Virus record (IMG/VR): IMGVR_UViG_3300036944_000513
Span: 37,644-101,643 of that record
DNA from: a virus
Taxonomy: Duplodnaviria > Heunggongvirae > Uroviricota > Caudoviricetes
Reading direction: 5' to 3' (one strand)
Length of the DNA stretch: 64,000 bases
This document shows positions 25,722-34,101 of the stretch, in pieces. The first letter of the stretch is position 1. Each line of letters opens with the position of its first letter. Below the pieces are notes generated by a model that saw nothing but the letters and a program-made list of their open reading frames with translations, did no database searches and was not told the DNA's origin. The position numbers and the translations under genes are program-made.

Positions 25722-26642
25722 ACTTGCACGGATAGAACACCATATACCTATTTAATTGGCTGGTCAAACATGAATATATATTATTATGGTAGACGAACCG
25801 CAAAAAATTGTCATCCCAGTGATCTATTTGTGACTTATTATACATCATCAAAATATGTCTGTCAACATATAAAAGACCACGGAATCCCCGATATTATTAA
25901 AATTAGAAAAACATTTAATTCAATAAAAAAATGCATTCGTTGGGAAGAAAAAGTTTTAAAAAAATTAGATGCAAAAAATCATAAGCAATTTTTGAATCAC
26001 TCAAATGGGCCAAATGATTTTCATAGCACCAATAAAGTAGCAGTTAAAGATATGAATGGAAATATATTTTTTGTATATACAAATGATCCAAAATTTATAT
26101 CAAAAGAATACGTTGCACTATCAAAGGGAAGAAAATATTCTAAAGAAATTAATTCAAAAAAGGCGTGTGCAATTGGAAAGGTTGCGGTTAAAGATAAGGA
26201 TAATAATTATTTTCAAGTGTTAAAGACCGATCCCCGATATATTTCAGGAGAATTAATCCCAGTTGCAACTGGAAATAAAAGGACTAAAGATCAAAATAAA
26301 AATTGTGGAAAACATATGGTTGGATTTCTTCTTGCAAAAGATTTAAATGGGGATACACTAAAAGTAAAAAAAGATGATCCATTAATTATTTCCGGAGGTT
26401 TAATTCCAATTGGAACTAATATGCCAATGGCAAAAGATTTAAATGGAAAAATATTTAGAACTACGCGAGATGACCCAAGGTGGCTCACTGGAGAAATAAT
26501 AAACCCAAATACAGGAAAAAGTTTTAATAAGGGCATATCAAAACCAAAATTATTATGCCCACACTGCGATAAATTAATTGCAATTAATATGTTCAATAGG
26601 TATCACGGGGATGCATGCAAATTAAAATCAATATTTGAATAA
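25698..26642 (+). CDS. repeat protein, possible degenerate GIY-YIG-type homing endonuclease with five ~35-aa tandem repeats
   Basis: N-terminal YTYLIGWSNMNIYYYGRR (GIY...YIG-like spacing); five repeats of KD(L/M)NG......DP(R/K)(Y/F)ISGELIP..TG; opposite strand to its neighbours. Confidence 0.4.
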   Translation: MPHIKIKHTCTDRTPYTYLIGWSNMNIYYYGRRTAKNCHPSDLFVTYYTSSKYVCQHIKDHGIPDIIKIRKTFNSIKKCIRWEEKVLKKLDAKNHKQFLNHSNGPNDFHSTNKVAVKDMNGNIFFVYTNDPKFISKEYVALSKGRKYSKEINSKKACAIGKVAVKDKDNNYFQVLKTDPRYISGELIPVATGNKRTKDQNKNCGKHMVGFLLAKDLNGDTLKVKKDDPLIISGGLIPIGTNMPMAKDLNGKIFRTTRDDPRWLTGEIINPNTGKSFNKGISKPKLLCPHCDKLIAINMFNRYHGDACKLKSIFE

Positions 26643-26939
26643 TTATCCTTTTCTTTCATTCATATTGATTATATCAAGGTCTAAGTTTGGATGGACTTCA
26701 AACGAATCTTGAATATATTGTTCCAGTCTTTGAATCTCATTAGCAGCTTCTTCAAGCAAATCTGAAATACGATCAGGCTTACCTTCTTCTACGCTTTTAC
26801 GACTTTGAATCTGTCTGCGTATCTCTGCGCGTTTACGCAGACGAAATACTAGGCTTTGTTCTGAAACTGGCAAATGACTCTCATCTTTTAAAATATCGTT
26901 TGCCATATGTTCTTCAAAGCGATCAAATTCTTCCTTCAT
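26643..26939 (-). CDS. hypothetical protein
   Basis: 98-aa ORF. Confidence 0.4.
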   Translation of the reverse strand: MKEEFDRFEEHMANDILKDESHLPVSEQSLVFRLRKRAEIRRQIQSRKSVEEGKPDRISDLLEEAANEIQRLEQYIQDSFEVHPNLDLDIINMNERKG

Positions 26940-27138
26940 CTTTTTTCGCTAAAGAGTGGAGAAAGTGTTCATATACGCTACGTAAAATGAGATAAAGCAT
27001 TCCAATTAGTAGACCAAATATAATAAAATTGACTCCAAAATATTGAATTGCAGAACCAATCACCAATGAAAGCAAAAGCATCCCAAAAAACACCAGTGCA
27101 GTAAAAAACGCAGCAGTGAGTTTATCATTTTTAAACAT
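26923..27138 (-). CDS. small membrane protein
   Basis: 71 aa with two hydrophobic segments. Confidence 0.4.
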   Translation of the reverse strand: MFKNDKLTAAFFTALVFFGMLLLSLVIGSAIQYFGVNFIIFGLLIGMLYLILRSVYEHFLHSLAKKDEGRI

Positions 27139-27157
27139 AAAATATCCTTTATAAAAA

Positions 27158-27532
27158 TTAATCTAGGGTAACGTCAAACATTTTCTTTTCCATCGCATGC
27201 AACTGAACTCGCGCAGTTTCAACATCACTATCATATAGACTACGTTCAATATTTCGGAAGTCTTCCCTAAACTCTCCAAATATGGCTTCAATTACTTGGC
27301 GCTTGGTGCGCTGAACCGCCAACTCAATCGCATTATCATTTCTTATTATTGCAAGGTCATCAACCCAACATTGTGAACCTAGAGTAATTCCAATCCTATA
27401 TTGCGTCTGAGTCATGGCTTGCACTTCTGCAATATCTTCTCTTACAGAAAATACATCTTGAAATAGCCTTGTTTGTTTAAGTCGGCGGCGATCACCTTTA
27501 ATTGCCGTGATTGCGTTTACTACTTGGCTCAT
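27158..27532 (-). CDS. hypothetical protein
   Basis: 124-aa ORF. Confidence 0.45.
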   Translation of the reverse strand: MSQVVNAITAIKGDRRRLKQTRLFQDVFSVREDIAEVQAMTQTQYRIGITLGSQCWVDDLAIIRNDNAIELAVQRTKRQVIEAIFGEFREDFRNIERSLYDSDVETARVQLHAMEKKMFDVTLD

Positions 27533-27795
27533 ACTTTATCTTTCTCTTGAGTGAATACAATATCCCACATCTTATACTTGTCAATACAATCATTCAAATC
27601 AACATCAATAATAGTTGCATCTTGTTTCAAGATTTTATTGATATAACCAGCAGGTTCTCTGCTCATGTAGCAGTCATCATATTCGCGTTCATAAACGACA
27701 ACTTTACCAACCATATCCCGATACCACATGAGTGAATCGGAACACTGTTTGATTAGGATTGCTTTAATGAAAGATGAGTAGTTGTGAGTGGTCAT
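27529..27795 (-). CDS. hypothetical protein (leaderless mRNA predicted)
   Basis: The second ATG, at 27795, lies 6 nt downstream of the TACAAT -10; the first track ATG overlaps the -10 itself. Confidence 0.45.
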   Translation of the reverse strand: MTTHNYSSFIKAILIKQCSDSLMWYRDMVGKVVVYEREYDDCYMSREPAGYINKILKQDATIIDVDLNDCIDKYKMWDIVFTQEKDKV

Positions 27796-27801
27796 AATAT
27801 G

Positions 27802-27830
27802 ATTGTACCTCAAATATCGTTCTGTGTCAA
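27802..27830 (-). promoter_or_regulatory. sigma70-type promoter (-35 TTGACA, 17 bp, -10 TACAAT)
   Basis: Read on the minus strand. Confidence 0.5.
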
Positions 27831-28087
27831 GGAGTTTTTACCCAAGTGCAGCCAAGGCAAATTTTCATCATCCAGCGAATGAACCAGTTTGGTACTTTGC
27901 CTTCAACTGGCTGATATGTAATGCCGTTAGTGCCATCGCTGCCAAACAGGTGACACTTCCAGTTAGCGTGTTTTGGGGTTTCAAAGAAAGAATATTTGGC
28001 ATTTGATGGATCAATATAATGATCTGGGTAATGATCTGGGGTTTTAATATCTGCTGTAAAAAATTCGGGGGGTATACCAGTGGTCAT
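27827..28087 (-). CDS. hypothetical protein
   Basis: 86-aa ORF. Confidence 0.4.
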   Translation of the reverse strand: MTTGIPPEFFTADIKTPDHYPDHYIDPSNAKYSFFETPKHANWKCHLFGSDGTNGITYQPVEGKVPNWFIRWMMKICLGCTWVKTP

Positions 28088-28356
28088 AATTTTAATTCTG
28101 GGTTATCGTTCACCAACGCCAAAATTGCATGTGATGCAAACGTGACTTGTTCATGAGACAATTTTAGATTATATGCCATATCAATGATGTGCAATACTTC
28201 ATGATACAGTGCTAGGTTTTGAGATTGTTGAGTAATCTCCAAGTTAATGGAAATCTCTTGTTTATTGAAATCTGCTAAACCAAGAGTGCCATTCATTTCA
28301 GCGGAAGATTTATAAACAATATCATAAATCATTCCGCATATTTTTATATTTTTCAT
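28084..28356 (-). CDS. hypothetical protein
   Basis: 90-aa ORF. Confidence 0.4.
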   Translation of the reverse strand: MKNIKICGMIYDIVYKSSAEMNGTLGLADFNKQEISINLEITQQSQNLALYHEVLHIIDMAYNLKLSHEQVTFASHAILALVNDNPELKL

Positions 28357-28571
28357 AGTCTATCAAATTTAGTTGTTGCTCCATGATATAAATCATATTC
28401 TTTAATTGGAACCCATTCTTCAATTGGTTGTTTTCCATGAACATTGAGCAACAAGAATTTATGATTAGTTAAATCGGCATCTATCTTTTTTTTAATAGAT
28501 ACTTCTATCGTAATCGGATTTCCTTCGTTATCGGTTCTTGGGCCGAGCATTACAATATATTCAGTTGTCAT
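28353..28571 (-). CDS. hypothetical protein
   Basis: 72-aa ORF. Confidence 0.4.
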   Translation of the reverse strand: MTTEYIVMLGPRTDNEGNPITIEVSIKKKIDADLTNHKFLLLNVHGKQPIEEWVPIKEYDLYHGATTKFDRL

Positions 28572-28786
28572 TCTGTTATTCCGAAATTCTTTTTAATCAT
28601 AAACTTAGCAAAGTCAATATCACCATCTTCCATATATGACATACATTCTTTCACAATCAACTCGGCGAACTTTTCTTGAAAATCATCATCAAAAGAATAT
28701 TCATAATCTTCATCATCGCCTTCATTGGATTTATCCAAAGCATATTGTACAGCCTGTTTAGCATGTTCTTGAATTCGTGCGTTCAT
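28568..28786 (-). CDS. MNxRIKELAEQAG / FAELIVKEC family small protein (paralog, divergent C-terminus NFGITE)
   Basis: MNARIQEHAKQAV...KFAELIVKECMSYM. Confidence 0.55.
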   Translation of the reverse strand: MNARIQEHAKQAVQYALDKSNEGDDEDYEYSFDDDFQEKFAELIVKECMSYMEDGDIDFAKFMIKKNFGITE

Positions 28787-29049
28787 AGGTTTACTCCAAG
28801 TCGTTGCTGAATGCGTTTGTTGATGGCGTGTGCAGTGTTAATTGGTTCCGCTGTGTTAGTGTTTGCTCGACCTACCCATGTGGCGCAACTCATGCATTCC
28901 TGAACAATCAACTCGGCGAACTTTTCTAAGGCATCTTCGGTAAACTCAACTCCCATCTTGCCACTCTCATATTCTATGGTATATACACCCGGCATTAAAA
29001 GGGCAGTTTTATCGGCTAAAGATTTAATTCGTTTGTTCAATTGTATCAC
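28783..29049 (-). CDS. MNxRIKELAEQAG / FAELIVKEC family small protein (divergent paralog)
   Basis: LNKRIKSLADKTA...KFAELIVQECMS...RLGVNL. Confidence 0.5.
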   Translation of the reverse strand: MIQLNKRIKSLADKTALLMPGVYTIEYESGKMGVEFTEDALEKFAELIVQECMSCATWVGRANTNTAEPINTAHAINKRIQQRLGVNL

Positions 29050-29236
29050 CCCACGCTTTCTGGTATTTTTCCATCACATACTCTCGTTCCCAAAGACCAG
29101 CATACTTTTTTAGCAGCAACAGATATGCCTTCGTTTCTTCAACAGATAGGTATTGTTTCATATTTGTAAGCTGATACTCAATCTCCATCAGTACCACTTG
29201 CTCACGTTGATAATGTGATAATTGTAGTTCAAACAT
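29024..29236 (-). CDS. hypothetical protein
   Basis: 70-aa ORF. Confidence 0.35.
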   Translation of the reverse strand: MFELQLSHYQREQVVLMEIEYQLTNMKQYLSVEETKAYLLLLKKYAGLWEREYVMEKYQKAWGDTIEQTN

Positions 29237-29490
29237 TATTCTATATCTTCCAACTGATTACTGACCAACTCAAGCTGTGCAATTAAATCTTTGCAGAGCT
29301 GCTTGCTCATTGTGAATGTTGTATGGCCAAGATTGAGTGTCATATGCGTATCGATATCAGTTCTACCAATACTATACCATACTTCTGGCTCTTTTAGTTC
29401 TGGTTTAATATACTCAGTTGGTTCAGGCAAGTTATACTCGCGTCTATTGAAGAAATTCATCATTCGTTCTTTCATCTGGGTCTTTCTCAT
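29236..29490 (-). CDS. hypothetical protein
   Basis: 84-aa ORF. Confidence 0.4.
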   Translation of the reverse strand: MRKTQMKERMMNFFNRREYNLPEPTEYIKPELKEPEVWYSIGRTDIDTHMTLNLGHTTFTMSKQLCKDLIAQLELVSNQLEDIE

Positions 29491-29662
29491 AACAAGTTAA
29501 ACATACTGCATCATAACATGGGCCACCCATAGATGCAATAGCTCCACGACAATATTTGCATAAAATAAATGCCGCAGTTACAATATAACCGCGAGGTATT
29601 TCATATAAAGGATAAAATCCTTCTTCTCGCTCAGTATACCCGATTAGTTTGCGTTCGCTCAT
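29444..29662 (-). CDS. hypothetical Cys-rich protein
   Basis: 72 aa; CKYC...C...CLTC. Confidence 0.4.
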   Translation of the reverse strand: MSERKLIGYTEREEGFYPLYEIPRGYIVTAAFILCKYCRGAIASMGGPCYDAVCLTCYEKDPDERTNDEFLQ

Positions 29663-29830
29663 CGCAATTCTTCCAATGCTTTCTTTACATGCTTCTTTTT
29701 GTAGTGTGAAAAATATTTTATGATATCCTCATCAAACAGATAGTGAGGATTGCTAAGATTGTGCTCTCCAATAAACTCTTCTATCTCATCTTTTAGTTTA
29801 TCGAATTTCTCTTGCCTCATACTTCAATCC

Positions 29831-30151
29831 TTAAAAAGGGATGTCATCATCCATCATATCAACAAACACCACTGGCTCACGTTTAGGTGCAACATAGTCA
29901 ACATTATCAAAATTATTGAACACCTCTTGATATTCACCACGCAACCTATCTTGATTGTCTGACAGAATCTCTACTCGATCAAGTGAACTGAAGTCGCCCC
30001 CCGGTGCTCCGTAGATTGTGATCCATCCATCAATGTACTTGCCTTTCCAAGCACCATTGACGACCCAGAATTCAAATATGTCAAGATCAAAGTCTTCGGA
30101 TACATCGACCAACAGACTTGGATTGTCTTTGGTGCCTAGCATAAGTCTCAT
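29831..30151 (-). CDS. hypothetical protein
   Basis: 106-aa ORF. Confidence 0.45.
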   Translation of the reverse strand: MRLMLGTKDNPSLLVDVSEDFDLDIFEFWVVNGAWKGKYIDGWITIYGAPGGDFSSLDRVEILSDNQDRLRGEYQEVFNNFDNVDYVAPKREPVVFVDMMDDDIPF

Positions 30152-30387
30152 ACTTCATGCTCCCAGTATAATGGTTCTTGTTTTATAATTTTCCATTGAA
30201 GATTCCGGCGATAATATCCATCGCCATAATTCGTGGGAATATTTTTGTACTCTTCGGTTATTTCATAAGTCTCAAGCCAAACATAATACAATTCAGTGTC
30301 GATATAGAAATGCACTGGTAGCCAAGCGAACTTACGGCGAACTCGAATAGTGCCTTCTTTTTTATTTGATTCTGCTTTCCATTTCAT
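30148..30387 (-). CDS. hypothetical protein
   Basis: 79-aa ORF. Confidence 0.4.
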   Translation of the reverse strand: MKWKAESNKKEGTIRVRRKFAWLPVHFYIDTELYYVWLETYEITEEYKNIPTNYGDGYYRRNLQWKIIKQEPLYWEHEV

Positions 30388-30587
30388 CCCTCAACTCCAA
30401 AGTGCTTCTTGGCAGCATTCCAGCCGGTTTGGAAGGCATCCCATTCAACTTCATCATAACCAACCGCACCACTATGATGCCTTTGCCTATCGTAGAAGTC
30501 AGCCGTTAGCTTAGTCCACTCATCAAATGCATTACATTGTTCTTCGGTATCATAATCATCATTCTGATTTATCATGTTCAACCTCAA
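30384..30587 (-). CDS. hypothetical protein sharing only the family's C-terminal KHFGVEG tail
   Basis: The C-terminus KKHFGVEG resembles the HFGVEE tail, but the N-terminal and FAELIV motifs are absent. Confidence 0.4.
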   Translation of the reverse strand: MRLNMINQNDDYDTEEQCNAFDEWTKLTADFYDRQRHHSGAVGYDEVEWDAFQTGWNAAKKHFGVEG

Positions 30588-30753
30588 TCACTTCTGACCA
30601 AAATATATAAGATTCCGATTTACCAAACAGACCAAATTTGCCAAAATCAGATTGTAGTTTGGCGTGATCTTCACAATATGGCTGGCTTCCCTCAAGCTCA
30701 GTGAATCGAATGTGTTTAGCGGGTTTGGCGCATTCTACGCATACTATTACCAT
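30559..30753 (-). CDS. hypothetical zinc-ribbon protein
   Basis: CVEC...C.DH. Confidence 0.4.
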   Translation of the reverse strand: MVIVCVECAKPAKHIRFTELEGSQPYCEDHAKLQSDFGKFGLFGKSESYIFWSEVIEVEHDKSE

Positions 30754-30947
30754 GATGATTCATCCACAATGATTTTACTAATGGTCACTTCATCCCCATT
30801 TAGTTCAGTGGAAATATTGGCTTTAATAATAGAACCAATTCCAGAGGATGAATCAGTAGTAATTTCAACATAACTTACATGCGGATACTTATCCATGAAA
30901 CGTATAATTTCAATTAAGGCATCTTTTCTCAACGTAACTTCTTGCAT
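30747..30947 (-). CDS. hypothetical protein
   Basis: 66-aa ORF. Confidence 0.4.
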   Translation of the reverse strand: MQEVTLRKDALIEIIRFMDKYPHVSYVEITTDSSSGIGSIIKANISTELNGDEVTISKIIVDESSW

Positions 30948-30950
30948 ATA

Positions 30951-31235
30951 TTATTCCTGTGTTTCAGTTTTATATTTCTCATCTAATTGTTTAATATTGG
31001 TGAATCCAACTTTAAACAAAAAACTTTCGACTATTGTAAGCCAATGTGGAGTACCGTCGGAGCAAATTAATAGAGGGCCGTCAACATGATACCAATTGAT
31101 ATGTGGTTCACCATCTTCTGGATAACTAAACATTATTTGACCTAATCTTACGCCATACGATCTGAAATGTATCTGCTTTAAACAGCACTTCCCATCCAGC
31201 GGGAATATGTTCTGGAAAAAGACTACGAGTACCAT
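30951..31235 (-). CDS. hypothetical protein
   Basis: 94-aa ORF. Confidence 0.4.
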   Translation of the reverse strand: MVLVVFFQNIFPLDGKCCLKQIHFRSYGVRLGQIMFSYPEDGEPHINWYHVDGPLLICSDGTPHWLTIVESFLFKVGFTNIKQLDEKYKTETQE

Positions 31236-31253
31236 TACTATGTGTATATAATT

Positions 31254-31475
31254 TCATTTTCTATCCAATCCATTCCAACAGTTAATCAATTGCGCTTGGG
31301 CATTACGTATATTCCAGAAGTCAGCATTAAGGCACAAATCCATTCCGCAGTTCTCATCTTTCTCTTTAGTACATTCAATATAAAGAGTTTGCCAATCATG
31401 ATGAGCTTCCATTGTACCAGTTGCATCTAAAATTGCAGGCGACCCACACATCGGGCATGGCAATATTGAGTGCAT
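31254..31475 (-). CDS. Lar-like restriction-alleviation family protein (putative)
   Basis: An N-terminal LPCPMCGSPAIL resembling the CPFCG signature of Lar-family proteins, plus further Cys/His residues; 73 aa. Confidence 0.4.
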   Translation of the reverse strand: MHSILPCPMCGSPAILDATGTMEAHHDWQTLYIECTKEKDENCGMDLCLNADFWNIRNAQAQLINCWNGLDRK

Positions 31476-31699
31476 TATTTTACTTTGAACTGTTTTTTTA
31501 ATTCTTTAACATACACATCATACTGTTCGCCATTATCAATAGACCAGTATATACGGGCACATTTTCGTATAATCAACTCGGCGAACGTTTCCAAATCTTC
31601 TCCCCATGCTTCAACAAACACTCTCGTTGGTGTTTCAGTTGGGTCATAAGTAAATTCTAGTCCAGCTTGTTTAGCAAGTTCTTTAATTTGTTTGTTCAT
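31475..31699 (-). CDS. MNxRIKELAEQAG / FAELIVKEC family small protein (paralog)
   Basis: In-frame ATG at 31699 with an ATGA overlap to the upstream paralog; MNKQIKELAKQAGLEF...TFAELIIRKCARIY. Confidence 0.55.
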   Translation of the reverse strand: MNKQIKELAKQAGLEFTYDPTETPTRVFVEAWGEDLETFAELIIRKCARIYWSIDNGEQYDVYVKELKKQFKVK

Positions 31700-31899
31700 T
31701 CTTTGACTCCGAAATGTTCTACCAATGCAATATATGCCGTAGGACTTGCACACTTTTTAGCAACAACATCCATACATTCACCCACAATCAACTCAGCAAA
31801 CTTTTCAATTGCTGCGCGATCATATGCGTCCATTGTATCCCAACAACCGGCTGCTGTCAACCCCGCGTGATACATTAAATCTTCAATTTTTTTGTTCAT
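31696..31899 (-). CDS. MNxRIKELAEQAG / FAELIVKEC / HFGVKE family small protein (paralog)
   Basis: MNKKIEDLMYHAG...KFAELIVGECMD...EHFGVKE. Confidence 0.55.
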   Translation of the reverse strand: MNKKIEDLMYHAGLTAAGCWDTMDAYDRAAIEKFAELIVGECMDVVAKKCASPTAYIALVEHFGVKE

Positions 31900-32039
31900 C
31901 TTTCACGCTCATCATAAATAAAATTGCCAGCAGATATGTCCACATACTCCAATTGTAATTAATTACAACATAAGTAGTTCCTGCAACTATTGCAAAATTA
32001 TATAGTAAAACTCCGATAATTTCAACACTTTTCATAATA

Positions 32040-32507
32040 TTATTTTAGTTTAGATATTGGTAAATTGTAGCAATTACTTTTTACTTTAAAATTATTTGAT
32101 GGGTCAACTTGACCCTTGATTAAATATGTCGCATCACGATAATAGTTATCTTTTTTATAGACGCCCAGAAACCATCCGACATTGCGTTCTACGTTTACTC
32201 GAACAAATGCGTAATAATCGCAATCTTGTTTGGTATTAAGTTCTGCAACACTGCATTCATAATGTGGTAACGGCGCAACTGTTGTGCGCTTAGTTTTAAC
32301 ATCTACCTTGAATCCGGTTTTGCTAACTAAATCATAATCATATGTGTTAGTTATTTTGCCACCGATTATACTTAATGCAATTTCTTCACCTATGAATCCA
32401 GCAAGGTTGCCTTCGCCATCGGTAATACTATTTCGCAGAGTTCCCATTTCAAATGCCTTTGCCTTGGCATTTGAAATCATATTTGGGGTAATGGATACTT
32501 CAATCAT
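32040..32507 (-). CDS. hypothetical protein
   Basis: 155-aa ORF. Confidence 0.5.
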   Translation of the reverse strand: MIEVSITPNMISNAKAKAFEMGTLRNSITDGEGNLAGFIGEEIALSIIGGKITNTYDYDLVSKTGFKVDVKTKRTTVAPLPHYECSVAELNTKQDCDYYAFVRVNVERNVGWFLGVYKKDNYYRDATYLIKGQVDPSNNFKVKSNCYNLPISKLK

Positions 32508-32573
32508 TGGGTTATCGAAACGGACTTATTGACATTGCCGTTACGCACACCGCAGGGATTTATTGTGACAATC

Positions 32574-33371
32574 TTACTTGTTCATCATCAAAGCATTGAA
32601 GTTTGATGGCACAACAATTGTTTGTACTTTACCAGTCTTAATACCTTCTGAGATATTCAACATAGCTTGGGCTTGCATGAATGCAATTGAAGAACCGGAG
32701 TTGTTAGCTAGTGCAGCCATACGACGAGATTCGGCTTCGGCAGTTTTAACTTCAACTTCCTTTTGTTTCAGTTCGTTCTTAGCCTTCACCAATTCGTTAG
32801 CACTTGCTACAACTGAATCTGCGGGCACTACATTACGAATCAAAACCTGACTGATAGTGATAGAACCATCCAGCTTTTCTTCGGTGAGGTTACGGACAAT
32901 TTCTTCCTTGATAAAGTTTTCCATATCGGAACGAGCATCTGCCATATCCAAGGCTTCGTATTTACGCGCTGCCTTGTAAATGGAGTTACGAGCATTTTGT
33001 ACAATGTAGTTATACATCACATAGGTATCACCTTTGGCTTCGGCATGGAAGCTCTTGTTCTTGGTGGAGTAAAGTTCAGCCACTTGTTGTGGGTTGATAT
33101 TATAAACAACCACCGCATCAAAGTCTTTCATGGTGGAGTTGTCTTTAGCAACCGGAGTCATGTTCTCCAAAACTACATTAACATCTTTGATAGGGAAAGT
33201 TAGCACATTACCAATCAATTCTTGATTAAAAGACCCCGGCAAGAGTTCACCACTTTGAACTTGCTTATCAAAACCAACACGAACACCAACTTGGCCGGTT
33301 TCAATACGAGTACATGCGGAAGTCAAAGCAACGGCAGCAACAACCAAAAACAATTTTACAAAACGATTCAT
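32574..33371 (-). CDS. SPFH/band-7 domain lipoprotein (HflK/C-prohibitin-like)
   Basis: Signal peptide with lipobox LTSAC, an SPFH-domain-like region, and a C-terminal coiled coil (KAKNELKQKEVEVKTAEAESRR). Confidence 0.55.
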   Translation of the reverse strand: MNRFVKLFLVVAAVALTSACTRIETGQVGVRVGFDKQVQSGELLPGSFNQELIGNVLTFPIKDVNVVLENMTPVAKDNSTMKDFDAVVVYNINPQQVAELYSTKNKSFHAEAKGDTYVMYNYIVQNARNSIYKAARKYEALDMADARSDMENFIKEEIVRNLTEEKLDGSITISQVLIRNVVPADSVVASANELVKAKNELKQKEVEVKTAEAESRRMAALANNSGSSIAFMQAQAMLNISEGIKTGKVQTIVVPSNFNALMMNK

Positions 33372-33383
33372 TTCAAATTTCCT

Positions 33384-33560
33384 TTAGAATAAATTAACAA
33401 TAACAAACAAAATTACAAACGCAATGGATGCGAACACAGTAGCTTTAAACAGTGCTATTAAAACAAAAGCACGTTCTTCCTTACCTGCTTGCGACCACAT
33501 ATTATATGTGAAAGCAATAACCACGATCAACACTGAAAAAATAAAAGCCATACCAATCAT
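33384..33560 (-). CDS. small two-TM membrane protein (NfeD/YqiJ-like partner of the SPFH protein?)
   Basis: 58 aa: MIGMAFIFSVLIVVIAFTYNMW...FVILFVIVNLF; GGAGAA SD; located immediately upstream of the SPFH gene. Confidence 0.4.
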   Translation of the reverse strand: MIGMAFIFSVLIVVIAFTYNMWSQAGKEERAFVLIALFKATVFASIAFVILFVIVNLF

Positions 33561-33561
33561 A

Positions 33562-34101
33562 TTACTTTTCTCCTTTTGCTAAAATTAGATTTTTACCAGT
33601 CTGCCAAATGCATTCTTCCAGAATTAAACCTTGTTTTACCGTTCCATCACATAAAATATGATATAAAGATTGAACAGTAATTTCAAATTCAACTCCCCGT
33701 GGATCTAAAATTTTAAACAATTTATTTCCACGATAACGATTCACTGTGTCAATCAATTTAAATCCACTGAGAGGAACATTATCCCATATTCGGGGAGCAT
33801 AGTCAAGCTCAATTGGTCTATCAAACTTAATTTCATTGCGTTGGCGAGTAACGGAGTCATATGCAAATGTTGATCCCCTTTCCCACCATTCGTTTCCATT
33901 TTTATATGCAGTTCCAGTATAAGCCCAATGCATTTGCGTTTCTTTACGCGCAGCATCGGTTTTTTTATTTGGTTCATGTGGATGAAGAAACCCAAAATTA
34001 TGGGATTCTTCATTATATGTATTCCAATCACCTTTAATTGGATAACTACGCTCAGAACGATTCTTTGAAACTACAAATATTTTATCTGGAATTTTAGTCA
34101 T
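33562..34101 (-). CDS. hypothetical protein
   Basis: 179 aa; ATGA overlap with the ligase gene. Confidence 0.5.
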   Translation of the reverse strand: MTKIPDKIFVVSKNRSERSYPIKGDWNTYNEESHNFGFLHPHEPNKKTDAARKETQMHWAYTGTAYKNGNEWWERGSTFAYDSVTRQRNEIKFDRPIELDYAPRIWDNVPLSGFKLIDTVNRYRGNKLFKILDPRGVEFEITVQSLYHILCDGTVKQGLILEECIWQTGKNLILAKGEK

